Positions 1 through 9,796 of a stretch of 64,000 nt of DNA are shown piece after piece. A model generated the notes under the pieces. That model saw only the letters and a program-made list of their open reading frames with translations. It ran no database searches and was not told where the DNA came from. The translations under genes and the position numbers were made by a program. Source of the DNA: a bacterium (lineage in GTDB: Bacteria > UBA8248); assembly GCA_963692865.2 (NCBI GenBank), contig OY843592.1:800001-864000 (forward strand), written 5' to 3'. The first letter of the stretch is position 1; each line of letters starts with the position of its first letter.

Positions 1-1062
1 CACGAAATCGACCAGATAGGCAAGCGGTTGAGCGGGCGAGCGGGCGACGCCGAAGCGTGGCGCGACGCGTGGTCCTGGATGTCGGACAAAACGCTGGCCC
101 GAGCGGAGGATGAGGAGCGAAAGGGTCACGAGCGAACCGCCATGGCGGCCTTTGTGCGAAGCGCGATTTACCGCTACGCGAGCGAGCGCTTCGTGCATCC
201 CGACGACCCGAGAAAATCCGAATCCTATAGCGAACTCCTGCCCCACTACGAGAAAGGGATGAAATTCCGCGTACCCGGCTTCGAGCGCGTGGACGTTCCC
301 TACGAGGAAGGTCCGCTGGCGGCGTATCTGCTTCCGCCGAAAAATCCGACGGGCAACGATCCCTACGTTGCGTTCTTCGATGGGCTGGATGGCTCCAAGG
401 AAATCACCGTCTTGTGGGGCGCGCTTGCGCTGATAGAGCGCGGCGTCGGAGTGCTCTGCGTAGACGGGCCCGGCCAGGGGGAGACGCTCAGGCTCAGGAA
501 GATACCGAGCCGTTTCGATTACGAGGTGGCGGGAACGGCGGCGTTCGATTTTCTGGACGCGCGTCCCGAGGTGGATTCTGAACGGGTCGGCTTGATGGCC
601 ATGAGCATGGGCGGCTACTACGCGCCGCGCATCGCCGCTTTCGAGCACCGCTACGCGGCCTGCCTCACCTGGGGAGCGCATTTCGACTATCACGAGGTCT
701 GGGTGCATCGGAGAAAGGTTTTGGAAAGCGGCGGCACCATCTCCTCTTCGGCCATCTGGCAGCTGCCCTGGGTGCTGGGCGCGCCGGACATGGATTCCGC
801 GATGGAAAAGTGCAAGGCCTACACCCTGGCTGGCGTCGCCGAGAGGATACGCATGCCGATTTGCATCACCCATGGCCAGGACGACAACATCGTGCCGGTC
901 GAGATGGCCCACAGGCTCTATGAGGCGTGCGGTTCCGAGGAGAAGGAACTCAAGATTTTCACCGTCGAGGACGGCGGCAGCCAGCACTGCGCCTTCGACA
1001 ACCTGCCGATGTGCGGGGAATGGATCGCGGACTGGTGGATGGACAGGTTCCAGACGGCTTAG
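1..1062 (+). CDS. Alpha/beta hydrolase, 2,6-dihydroxypseudooxynicotine-hydrolase/FrsA-like family (5' partial)
   Basis: Frame open from base 1 (HEIDQIGKRL...). Motifs DGLDGSKE, DGPGQGE, SMGGYYAPR (nucleophile elbow) and GGSQHC. Paralogous to 26636-27820 and 30155-31330. Confidence 0.85.
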   Translation, partial: HEIDQIGKRLSGRAGDAEAWRDAWSWMSDKTLARAEDEERKGHERTAMAAFVRSAIYRYASERFVHPDDPRKSESYSELLPHYEKGMKFRVPGFERVDVPYEEGPLAAYLLPPKNPTGNDPYVAFFDGLDGSKEITVLWGALALIERGVGVLCVDGPGQGETLRLRKIPSRFDYEVAGTAAFDFLDARPEVDSERVGLMAMSMGGYYAPRIAAFEHRYAACLTWGAHFDYHEVWVHRRKVLESGGTISSSAIWQLPWVLGAPDMDSAMEKCKAYTLAGVAERIRMPICITHGQDDNIVPVEMAHRLYEACGSEEKELKIFTVEDGGSQHCAFDNLPMCGEWIADWWMDRFQTA

Positions 1063-1075
1063 ACCGGCTTCTTTC

Positions 1076-1116
1076 GGCGGGGACTTCGCGCTTGCGAGGT
1101 CCCCGCCTTTATCTTG
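1076..1116 (+). terminator. Intrinsic terminator-like hairpin
   Basis: ggcggggacttcgc-gctt-gcgaggtccccgcc followed by tttatctt, just after the stop codon. Confidence 0.55.
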
Positions 1117-1135
1117 TTCGCTTAAGGAGAAGAAA

Positions 1136-1543
1136 ATGACGGAAGAAACAAGAGAGGAAAAAGTAAGGCGCATTACGGAGAAGATTCACGGCGACCGCGG
1201 TTTCGTTTACGACGTGCTCGGCTTCGGCGCGCAACTGGACCCGGATTATTTCGAGGTCTACTCGCAGATGCACTGGGGGTTTTTCAAGGAGAAGCCGCGC
1301 CATCTCGACCCCAAGACGCGCGAGCTCATCGAAATCGGCCTCCTCGCCTTCAAGGGCATGAAGCACGAGGTCTACACCCACACGAAAAAGGCCCTCCGCC
1401 TCGGCGCGACGATGGAGGAAGCGCTCGAGGCCTTCGAGGTGGCCAGCATCGGAGGCGGCGCGCCCGTGCTGATGGAAGGCCTCTACGCGCTCAAGCGCAT
1501 CGCCGACGAGCAGGCCGAGGAAGAGCGCGCGAATTCCTCCTGA
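1136..1543 (+). CDS. Carboxymuconolactone decarboxylase (CMD/AhpD) family protein
   Basis: RBS aaggag before ATG 1136; LDPKTRELI...H...ALRLGATMEE pattern. Confidence 0.8.
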   Translation: MTEETREEKVRRITEKIHGDRGFVYDVLGFGAQLDPDYFEVYSQMHWGFFKEKPRHLDPKTRELIEIGLLAFKGMKHEVYTHTKKALRLGATMEEALEAFEVASIGGGAPVLMEGLYALKRIADEQAEEERANSS

Positions 1544-1628
1544 TCGCTGGCCTAAGGCGGCGATTTGTGAGAGTCTTGAAATCTCCGAACCAGAAAATCC
1601 ATCCTCCCGCGTTTGAGGAGAACTTCTC

Positions 1629-2597
1629 TTGTCCGAAGAAAAAGCGCCTCTGAGCGACGAGCGCATGCAGGCGATGTACCGCGACATGCTGCGCATACGC
1701 CGCTTCGAGGAGACGGCGTTCGAGCTGTTCGAGCAAGGCGAGGTGGTGGGCGGCATCCACGTGAGCATCGGCCAGGAGGGATGCTCGGTCGGCGCGTGCA
1801 GCACGCTCCGGGAAGACGATGCGATTCTCACCACCCACCGGGGCCACGGCCACTCCATCGCCAAGGGGACGCGCCTGCCCGAGATGATGGCGGAGCTTCT
1901 GGGCAAGGCGACGGGGCTTTGCCACGCCAAGGGCGGTTCGATGCACATCGCCGACGTGTCGAAGGGCCACTACGGGGCGCACTCCATCGTGGGTTCGAAC
2001 ATGCCGATGGCGGTGGGCATCGGCCTCGCCTTTCATTTCGAGGGCAAGGGCCAGGTGGCGGTCGTCTTCTTCGGAGACGGCGCGGCGAACGAGGGCAGCT
2101 TTCACGAGTCGGTGAACCTGGCGTCGATATGGAAGCTGCCGGTCATTTTCTTTTGCGAGAACAACCATTTCGCCTCGAGCACGCGGGTGCAGTACGCCAC
2201 TTCGGTGGCGGACATCAGCGCGCGGGCGGCGGGATACGACATCCCCGGCGTGACGGTGGATGGCATGGACGTGCTGGCGGTCCATGAGGTGATGGTAGAA
2301 GCCGTCTCCCGCGCGAGGAAAGGTCTGGGGCCCAGCCTGGTCGAGGCGAAGACATACCGCTATTTCGGCCACTCGAGAAAAGACCCCCGGTTCGGGCCGT
2401 ACCGGACGGAGGAGGAATGGAGCGAGTGGAAGGCGAAAGACCCCCTCCTCGTGGCCGAGCGGATACTCGGCGTGAGCGGGTCGCAGAAAAAAGCGCACAC
2501 AGAAGCTGTCGAGAGCGAATTGAGAGATGCGCTCGCCTTCGCGCGGCAAAGCCCCGAACCCGCACCCGAAGAAGTGTATGAGGACCTCTATGCCTGA
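1629..2597 (+). CDS. TPP-dependent dehydrogenase E1 alpha subunit (AcoA/PdhA-like), copy 1
   Basis: HVSIGQEG, THRGHGH, KGGSMH, GDGA..N TPP motif, CENN. Confidence 0.9.
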   Translation: MSEEKAPLSDERMQAMYRDMLRIRRFEETAFELFEQGEVVGGIHVSIGQEGCSVGACSTLREDDAILTTHRGHGHSIAKGTRLPEMMAELLGKATGLCHAKGGSMHIADVSKGHYGAHSIVGSNMPMAVGIGLAFHFEGKGQVAVVFFGDGAANEGSFHESVNLASIWKLPVIFFCENNHFASSTRVQYATSVADISARAAGYDIPGVTVDGMDVLAVHEVMVEAVSRARKGLGPSLVEAKTYRYFGHSRKDPRFGPYRTEEEWSEWKAKDPLLVAERILGVSGSQKKAHTEAVESELRDALAFARQSPEPAPEEVYEDLYA

Positions 2598-3576
2598 GAC
2601 GAAGATGCGCACCATTTCGTATGCAACGGCGATAAACGAGGCTCTCCACGAGGAGATGGCGCGCGACGAGAAGGTCTTCCTGATGGGAGAGGACGTGGCG
2701 CTTTCCTCCATCTCGCCCGCCACGGCGGGTCTGGGTGACAGGTTCGGCCACGAACGGGTGCGCAACACGCCCATCAGTGAATTGGGCTTCACCGGAGCGG
2801 CCGTAGGCGCCGCGATGGCCGGTTACCGGCCCGTGCTCGACATGCGGCGCATCGATTTCATGATGCTGGCCATCGACCCCATCGCGAACCAGGCGGCCAA
2901 GCTGCGCTACATGCTCGGCGGCCAGGTGAGCGTGCCCCTGGTCATCCGGGCGCCCGAGGGCGGCGGCTCCCAGAACGGTCCCACGCACAGCCAGTGTCTC
3001 GAGGCCTGGTTCATTCAGGTGCCGGGCCTGCGCGTCATCGTGCCGAGCGACCCGGCGGACGCGAAGGGGCTCCTAAAGTCCGCCATCAGGGAGGACAACC
3101 CCGTGCTCTTCGTGGAATACCGGGCTCTTTACTCTCTGGAGGGCCCCGTGCCTGAGGGCGATCATACCGAGCCCATCGGAAGAGCGGCGGTGAAAAGAGA
3201 GGGAAGCGACATCACCCTCATCGGCATCGGAAGCCAGGCGCGAAGTTGTCTGGAAGCGGCGGATTTGCTCGCAGACGAGGGCGTGGACGCCGAGGTGGTG
3301 GACCCCAGGACCATCAATCCCCTCGACGTGGAGGGGCTTGCGGCGTCGGTCCGAAAGACGGGCCTTTGCGTCGTCGCCGAAGAAGGGCACAGGAGCGGCG
3401 GCGTGGGGGCGGAGATCGCCGCCTCGATTCAGGAAGCGGCCTTCGGCGCGCTCGAAGCGCCCGTCAGCCGCGTGGCGGCCCTCGACGTGCCCGTCCCCGT
3501 CCACACGAAACTCGAAGCCATCGTCCTCCCCAGCACGGAGAAAATCGTCGCGGCGGCGAAAAAGCTGCTTTCATAG
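2590..3576 (+). CDS. TPP-dependent dehydrogenase E1 beta subunit, copy 1
   Basis: MGEDV, NTPISE, GPTHSQ, DAKGLLKSAI; overlaps the alpha stop codon. Confidence 0.9.
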   Translation: MPETKMRTISYATAINEALHEEMARDEKVFLMGEDVALSSISPATAGLGDRFGHERVRNTPISELGFTGAAVGAAMAGYRPVLDMRRIDFMMLAIDPIANQAAKLRYMLGGQVSVPLVIRAPEGGGSQNGPTHSQCLEAWFIQVPGLRVIVPSDPADAKGLLKSAIREDNPVLFVEYRALYSLEGPVPEGDHTEPIGRAAVKREGSDITLIGIGSQARSCLEAADLLADEGVDAEVVDPRTINPLDVEGLAASVRKTGLCVVAEEGHRSGGVGAEIAASIQEAAFGALEAPVSRVAALDVPVPVHTKLEAIVLPSTEKIVAAAKKLLS

Positions 3577-3586
3577 AGGACCTCTT

Positions 3587-4555
3587 TTGGCCAGGGCGAC
3601 TTCACGATTGACCCGAAAACGTATGGGCGAGATGTACCGCGCGATGCTCCGGATCCGCCGCTTCGAGGAGACGGCGGATGATCTCTACATGGCGGGCAAG
3701 GTGGTGGGCGGCGTGCACGTGAGCATCGGCCAGGAGGCGTGCTCCGCTGGCGTGTGCGCGGCCTTGCGGGAGGACGACGCCGTGCTCACCACCCACCGGG
3801 GGCACGGACACTCCATCGCCAAGGGAACGCGCCTGCCCGAGATGCTGGCCGAACTGATGGGCAAGGTGACCGGCCTTTGCCGCTCCAAGGGCGGCTCCAT
3901 GCACATCGCCGACGTATCGAAGGGCCACTACGGCGCGCACTCCATCGTGGGCGCGAACATGCCGATGGCGGCGGGCATCGGACTCGCGTATCAACTCGAG
4001 GGGAAAGACCGCGTGGCTGTCGTCTTCTTCGGCGACGGGGCTTCGAACAACGGCGCGTTTCACGAGGCCATGAACCTGTGCGCCATCTGGAAACTGCCTG
4101 TGGTCTTCTTCTGTGAGAACAACCAGTACGCCGTCAGCGTGCCGGCGGAGTATTCCACCTCGGTGGACGACATCAGCGTGCGCTCGAAGGGGTACGACGC
4201 CCCCGGCCTGACGGTGGACGGCATGGACGTGGCGGCGGTGTACGAGGCGAGCCGTGAGGCCGTGGCCCACGCGCGCCGCGGCGCAGGGCCGAGCCTCGTC
4301 GAGGCGAAGACCTACCGCTTTTTCGGCCACTCGCGCGGCGACCCGCACTACGGCATGTACCGGACGAAAGAGGAGTGGGAGGGCTGGAAGGAGAGAGACC
4401 CGCTCATCGTGTGCGAGAAGATGCTCAAGATGACCGTGAAGCAAAAGAAGGCGCATGCCGACGCGGTGGAGGCGGAGATACGAGAGGCGATCGAGTTTGC
4501 GGAGAACAGCCCCGAGCCCGAGGAAAGCGTGGCGCTCGAGGACATCTTCGCCTGA
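3587..4555 (+). CDS. TPP-dependent dehydrogenase E1 alpha subunit, copy 2
   Basis: Same motifs as copy 1; TTG start after gagga RBS. Confidence 0.88.
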   Translation: MARATSRLTRKRMGEMYRAMLRIRRFEETADDLYMAGKVVGGVHVSIGQEACSAGVCAALREDDAVLTTHRGHGHSIAKGTRLPEMLAELMGKVTGLCRSKGGSMHIADVSKGHYGAHSIVGANMPMAAGIGLAYQLEGKDRVAVVFFGDGASNNGAFHEAMNLCAIWKLPVVFFCENNQYAVSVPAEYSTSVDDISVRSKGYDAPGLTVDGMDVAAVYEASREAVAHARRGAGPSLVEAKTYRFFGHSRGDPHYGMYRTKEEWEGWKERDPLIVCEKMLKMTVKQKKAHADAVEAEIREAIEFAENSPEPEESVALEDIFA

Positions 4556-4566
4556 GGGAATCCGGT

Positions 4567-5550
4567 ATGCCTGAACTCACATACGTCGAAGCCCTGAACG
4601 AGGCGCTCCATGAGGAGATGGCGCGCGACGAGAAGGTGTTCCTCATGGGCGAGGACGTGGCGTTCGATTATTTCGGCGTGTGCTCGGGGCTGGCCGACCG
4701 CTTCGGCCGCGACCGGGTGCGCGACACGCCCATCTGCGAACTCGGCTTCACGGGCGCGGGCGTGGGCGCGGCGATGGCGGGCTTTCGGCCCATCGTGGAT
4801 TTGCGCTTCATGGACTTCACCACCTACGCGCTCGACCCCATCGTGAACCAGGCGGCGAAGCTCCGCTACATGCTGGGCGGGCAGCTTTCGGTTCCCATGG
4901 TGGCGCGGATACCCAGCGGCGCGGGGCTTCAGTACGGCGCGACGCACGGGCAGTCGCTCGAGGCGTGGTTCATGCAGGTGCCGGGCCTGAAGGTCCTCTA
5001 CCCGAGTTGCGCGCCCGACGCCAAGGGGTTGCTCAAGGCCGCCGTCCGGGACGACAACCCGGTCATGTTCATCGAGCACAGGCTGCTCTATGCGCAAAAG
5101 ACGAAACAGGCCGTGCCCGAAGGCGATCACACCACGCCCATCGGGGTGGCCGACGTGAAGCGGGCGGGCGCGGACGCCACCATCGTGGGAATCGGCTATC
5201 AGATGGGCCATTGCCTGGAGGCGGCGGAAGCGCTTGCGGGAGAGGGAATCGAGTGCGAGGTCATCGACCCGCGTTCGCTCTCGCCTCTGGACGTGGAGAC
5301 CATCACGGCCTCCGTGCGCAAGACGAGCCGCTGCGTCATCGTGGAGGAGGGGCACCTGAGGAGCGGCGTGGGCGCCGAGATATCAGCCGCCATACAGGAG
5401 TCGGTGTTCGAATACCTGGACGCGCCCATCGGCCGCGTGGCCGCGCTCATGGCGCCGATTCCCGTTCAGACGAAGCTCGAGAAGTTCGTGCTCCCGAGCA
5501 CGGAGAAAGTCATCGCGGCGGTCCGCAAGACGCTGGGCGTCTCCGCCTGA
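4567..5550 (+). CDS. TPP-dependent dehydrogenase E1 beta subunit, copy 2
   Basis: MPELTYVEALNEAL, DTPICE, GATHGQS. Confidence 0.9.
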   Translation: MPELTYVEALNEALHEEMARDEKVFLMGEDVAFDYFGVCSGLADRFGRDRVRDTPICELGFTGAGVGAAMAGFRPIVDLRFMDFTTYALDPIVNQAAKLRYMLGGQLSVPMVARIPSGAGLQYGATHGQSLEAWFMQVPGLKVLYPSCAPDAKGLLKAAVRDDNPVMFIEHRLLYAQKTKQAVPEGDHTTPIGVADVKRAGADATIVGIGYQMGHCLEAAEALAGEGIECEVIDPRSLSPLDVETITASVRKTSRCVIVEEGHLRSGVGAEISAAIQESVFEYLDAPIGRVAALMAPIPVQTKLEKFVLPSTEKVIAAVRKTLGVSA

Positions 5551-5553
5551 TCC

Positions 5554-6537
5554 TCAGTCCTGGGCGACGATGGGGTTTCTCAACACCCCCACGTGCTCGA
5601 CCTCACACTCCACCACGTCTCCCGGCTTAAGCAAGTAAGGTTCCGGGTCTTCCTGCTCCAGGGCCACGCCGCAGAACGTGCCCGATGAGATGATGTCGCC
5701 CGGCTCCAGCGACATCTGGCTGTAGAAGGCGATGAGTTCTGGGATCTTGAAGATCATGTCGGTCAGAAGCTCGTCCTGGCGCGTCTCGCCGTTCACCCGG
5801 CATTGCACCCGCAGCGATTCGGGGTTCGGCACCTCGTCCGCCGTGACGATGTAGGGGCCGATGGGGTTGGTGGTGTCGAAGTTCTTGCCCAGGAACACGC
5901 CGCCAAGAGCGGCGGAGCGCTGCACTTCGCGCGCCGTGATGTCATTGTAGACCGTGTAGCCCATGATGACGTCGAAGGCGTTCTCGGGCTTCACGTCCTT
6001 GCAGTGTTTGCCGATGATGAAGCCGACCTCCACCTCGTAATCCAGCATTTTGGTCTGCCTGGGATAGAGCACCGGCTCCTCGTGGCCGACGAGCGAGGAG
6101 TCGAAGCGCGGCGCGCCGGGCACATTTTCGGGAACCGAATGACCCGTGTTCGCGACGTGCTTGTTCGAGTTGAGGCCTGTGTGGAAGAACTTGCCCGGGT
6201 GGGGGATCGGCGCTCTCAGGCGAACGTGCCTGTCTTTCAAGGCGGCGAACTCTCCGTCCGGCCCCGCAGGCTCTCCGCCTGAGACGATTATCGCCTCCGC
6301 GTGACCGAGCGCCGCGCCCGCCGCCGCCATGGCCGGTTCTCCGCCGCAGAGAAATTCGCGCATGTCCCGGGGAATCCGCGCGTTCGCCATGGCGTAGGGG
6401 CGTCCTTCACCCTCATTATCTGCGAGATAGCTCGCGTAGGCGAGTCTTAAGTCGAGCATCCTCCCGTCTTTCAGGACGGCGCCCAGGCGGTCTCCGGTGG
6501 CGCCCGGCGAGAGGTTCTGGTAGGTGGCGAGTTTCAT
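5554..6537 (-). CDS. Fumarylacetoacetate hydrolase family protein
   Basis: LDYEVE, YNDITARE, GKNFD, PGDIISSGT; ggag RBS before the start. Confidence 0.88.
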   Translation of the reverse strand: MKLATYQNLSPGATGDRLGAVLKDGRMLDLRLAYASYLADNEGEGRPYAMANARIPRDMREFLCGGEPAMAAAGAALGHAEAIIVSGGEPAGPDGEFAALKDRHVRLRAPIPHPGKFFHTGLNSNKHVANTGHSVPENVPGAPRFDSSLVGHEEPVLYPRQTKMLDYEVEVGFIIGKHCKDVKPENAFDVIMGYTVYNDITAREVQRSAALGGVFLGKNFDTTNPIGPYIVTADEVPNPESLRVQCRVNGETRQDELLTDMIFKIPELIAFYSQMSLEPGDIISSGTFCGVALEQEDPEPYLLKPGDVVECEVEHVGVLRNPIVAQD

Positions 6538-6793
6538 GGACGTCTCCTTTCGGTCATGAAAGACGAATAATCGCGCATGTTGGATGGAAGCGCATCGCAA
6601 TTTCCGCATCCTACAGAACGAAAGCGCACATTGTCCATGAAGCGGAGAGCCGTCCGGCGCATGAAGATTTGAAATGTTTTAGGCTATTCGCAAGTGTTGT
6701 GGCTCTTGACGAGCCGCCGAAAGAAGGGGATAAATAACCTCTCACGTACACGCGGCATGTTTGTTTTCAACCGTTTTCAGTCAAGGTTTCGCC

Positions 6794-7813
6794 ATGCGCA
6801 CTTATATCATCAGACGCTGTCTGCAAAGCTTCATCGTGTTCGGGGCGATCCTGATCATCGTGTTCTCGATGCTGCAGATCACGGGGAACCCAGCCGCTGT
6901 CCTGATGCCGCTCGATTCCACCGAAGAGGACATCCAGGCCTTCAGCAAGGAGATGGGCTTCGATCAGCCCATACCGATCCAGTTCGCCAAGTTCATGCTG
7001 GGCTCGGATCTGGTGGACGACCTGCTCGGCGCCGAACGAGAGAAAGAAAAGGTCGATGAACTCGAACGCGACCCCGATGCGCCCAAGATCGTGAGGACCA
7101 AGGGCGTGATTCGAGGGGATTTCGGCTTTTCCTACCGCCACGAGATTCCGGCGATGGGCCTCGTGCTCGAGCATTTCCCGAACACGGTTCTCCTCGCTTT
7201 GGCGGCGGTCCTGATAGCCGTGGTGATCTCCATACCCGCCGGGGTCTTGTCGGCGACTTTCCGCAATACGTGGATCGACTACACGAGTTCGGTCGGGGCG
7301 ATGTTCGGCCAGTCGATGCCGAACTTCTGGCTCGGTCTTTTGCTCATCATATTCTTCGCCGTGTATCTCGGCTGGCTGCCCACTTCGGGTTACGACGCCT
7401 GGTATTACATCATCCTGCCGGCGATTACGGCGGGGCTGTACGCCACCGCGCGCATCACGCGCCTCGTGCGCTCCCAGATGCTCGACGTGCTGGGGATGGA
7501 CTACGTGCGCACGGCGCGCTCGAAGGGAATCGTGGAGTGGATCGTGGTGGTGCGCCACGCGCTCAAGAACGCATCCATCCCGGTCGTCACCCTGGTGGGC
7601 TTCGAACTGGGCATTCTGCTCGGCGGCACGGTGGTGACGGAAGCCGTCTTCGCGTGGCCGGGGGTGGGTTTTCTGGTGGTGGACGCCATCAACAACCAGG
7701 ACTACCCCATCGTCCAGGCGGCGGTGGCCCTGTTGGCGTTCGTGTTCGTTTTCGTGAATCTCGTGGTCGACATTCTCTATGCATGGCTCGATCCGAGGAT
7801 TTCCTATAGCTAA
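6794..7813 (+). CDS. Peptide/nickel ABC transporter permease (DppB/OppB-like)
   Basis: GDFGFSY, MPNFWLG, DYVRTARSKG, VVTEAVFAWPGVG, LDPRI. Confidence 0.92.
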   Translation: MRTYIIRRCLQSFIVFGAILIIVFSMLQITGNPAAVLMPLDSTEEDIQAFSKEMGFDQPIPIQFAKFMLGSDLVDDLLGAEREKEKVDELERDPDAPKIVRTKGVIRGDFGFSYRHEIPAMGLVLEHFPNTVLLALAAVLIAVVISIPAGVLSATFRNTWIDYTSSVGAMFGQSMPNFWLGLLLIIFFAVYLGWLPTSGYDAWYYIILPAITAGLYATARITRLVRSQMLDVLGMDYVRTARSKGIVEWIVVVRHALKNASIPVVTLVGFELGILLGGTVVTEAVFAWPGVGFLVVDAINNQDYPIVQAAVALLAFVFVFVNLVVDILYAWLDPRISYS

Positions 7814-7828
7814 GGGGTAAGGCGCACG

Positions 7829-8758
7829 ATGGTTGTCGACGACAGGGCGGCGACGCTCGACATCGAAATCGATGAGGAAATGGAACGCGGGCCGAGCGAT
7901 TTCCAGTTGGCCATGCAGGAACTCAAGAGAAGGCCGCCGGCGATCTTCGGCGCGATTTTCGTATCTCTCGTCATCATCTTCGCCCTCATTCCCGAGTTGT
8001 TCTCCCCGCTGGACCCGCTCTCCCAGGACCTGGGGCGCTACCTCAAGGCGCCCGGCTACGTGGACAAGGCGGGAGACACCTACTGGCTCGGCACCGACCA
8101 GCAGGGCCGCGACATTCTGAGCCGCATCATCTGGGGCTCGCGCATTTCGCTCATCGTCGGCATCGCCGCCGTCATCGTGAGCGGACTCATCGGCATCACG
8201 GTCGGCATCTTCGCGGGCTATTTCGGCGGCTGGGTGGACACCATCATCAGCCGCATCATCGATACGGCCCTCGCCGTTCCCTTCATCCTGCTGGCCATCA
8301 GCCTGGTGGCGATACTGGGGCCGAGCCTTCAGAACATCGTCCTGGTCATCGCGCTCAGGACCTGGCTCGTCTACGCGCGGGTGGTGCGCGCGGAGGTCCT
8401 CTCCATCAAGGAGCACGAGTTCGTCACCGGGGCGAAGGCGACCGGCTGCGGCACGCTGCGGATACTGTTCCTCTACCTCTTCCCGAACGTGGCTTCCACG
8501 ACCATCGTCATCGCCACCCTGTACCTGGGCCGGATGATCATCATCGAATCCGCGCTCTCCTTCCTCGGGCTGGGCGTGCCGCCTCCCACGCCGACGTGGG
8601 GCGGAATGCTCGCCGACGGCAGGAGCTTCCTCGACACGGCCTGGTGGATAGCGCTCTTCCCGGGCCTCATCCTCATGCTCACGGTCCTGAGCGTGAACCT
8701 TCTGGGCGACTGGCTGCGCGACGTGCTCGATCCGAGGATGAAGCGCCTGGCCGACTAG
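7829..8758 (+). CDS. Peptide/nickel ABC transporter permease (DppC/OppC-like)
   Basis: LGTDQQGRDILSR, ESALSFLGLG, PTWGGML, GDWLRDVLDP. Confidence 0.92.
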   Translation: MVVDDRAATLDIEIDEEMERGPSDFQLAMQELKRRPPAIFGAIFVSLVIIFALIPELFSPLDPLSQDLGRYLKAPGYVDKAGDTYWLGTDQQGRDILSRIIWGSRISLIVGIAAVIVSGLIGITVGIFAGYFGGWVDTIISRIIDTALAVPFILLAISLVAILGPSLQNIVLVIALRTWLVYARVVRAEVLSIKEHEFVTGAKATGCGTLRILFLYLFPNVASTTIVIATLYLGRMIIIESALSFLGLGVPPPTPTWGGMLADGRSFLDTAWWIALFPGLILMLTVLSVNLLGDWLRDVLDPRMKRLAD

Positions 8759-8783
8759 CGCCCCCGGCGGGAGGATACCTTCC

Positions 8784-9776
8784 ATGTCGAACCCCGAACT
8801 TCCCCCGAGCGTTCTGGTGCGCGACGTCGTCATGCGCGACGGCATCCAGAACCTGAAACAGGTGCTGCCCACCGAACTCAAGGTCGAGATCATCGAAGGC
8901 CTGGCGGACGCAGGGGTCCGCCGCATCGAGGCCACGAGCTTCATGAACCCCAAGGCGGTGCCCGCCACGGCGGACGCGGACGAGGTGATGCGCCGCGTCA
9001 AGAGAAAGCCGGGCGTGCTGTATGAGTGCCTCGTCGCCAACGAGCGCGGCGCGCGCCGGGCGGTGGACGCAGGGAGCGACGGCGTGCAGCAGGTCATCTC
9101 CATCACGGACGTGCACAACCGCGCGAACGTGAACCGCTCCGTGAAGCAGAGCCTGGGGGAGATGGCCAAAATCTCCAAGATCGTGAAGGGCGCGGGGGTT
9201 CCCTTCAGCGGGGCGATCAGCCTCTCGACGGGGTGCCCCTACACCGGGCGCGTGGCGGAAGAGGTGGTCTACGACATCGCGGAAAAATACGACGGTCTGG
9301 GCGTGGACGAGTTTTTCCTGTGCGACTCGATGGGCATGGGCGATCCCGCGCGGATGACGCGCATGGTGAGCGAACTGCGCCGCCGCTGGCCGGAGAAGGG
9401 CCTCGTCGTCCACCTGCACAACACGCGCGGCATGGGCCTCGCCAACGCCCTGGCCTCGATGCAGGCGGGCGCCACGGTGCTGGACGGCTCTCTGGGCGGC
9501 ATCGGGGGCTGCCCCTTCGCGCCGAACGCCTCGGGCAACATTTCGACCGAGGACCTGGCCCACATGCTCTGGCTCATGGAGGTGGAAACGGGGGTCGACG
9601 TGGACGCCTTGATCCGCCTCGCGGAAAAGCTGGCCGACGCCATGGAGGCTCCCCTGCACGGCGCGGTGCTCAGGGCGGGCAAGAGCTTCGCCAAGACGCC
9701 GACGCCCGAATGGCTCCTGGTGGACGAGGACGCCCGCACCACCCAGGCGGTGGACGAGCTGGCCGTGCGGTTCTAG
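8784..9776 (+). CDS. Hydroxymethylglutaryl-CoA lyase family (DRE-TIM)
   Basis: RDGIQN, HLHNTRG, GGCPFAPNASGNISTEDL. Confidence 0.88.
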   Translation: MSNPELPPSVLVRDVVMRDGIQNLKQVLPTELKVEIIEGLADAGVRRIEATSFMNPKAVPATADADEVMRRVKRKPGVLYECLVANERGARRAVDAGSDGVQQVISITDVHNRANVNRSVKQSLGEMAKISKIVKGAGVPFSGAISLSTGCPYTGRVAEEVVYDIAEKYDGLGVDEFFLCDSMGMGDPARMTRMVSELRRRWPEKGLVVHLHNTRGMGLANALASMQAGATVLDGSLGGIGGCPFAPNASGNISTEDLAHMLWLMEVETGVDVDALIRLAEKLADAMEAPLHGAVLRAGKSFAKTPTPEWLLVDEDARTTQAVDELAVRF

Positions 9777-9796
9777 GCGGGCGGGACGAGGGTTTT

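Noticed and set aside
6767-9178. 803-aa antisense ORF and similar long shadow ORFs (e.g. 23610-25637, 16274-17860, 12149-13573)
   Set aside because: They lie opposite well-supported genes, have no motifs, and are expected in high-GC DNA.
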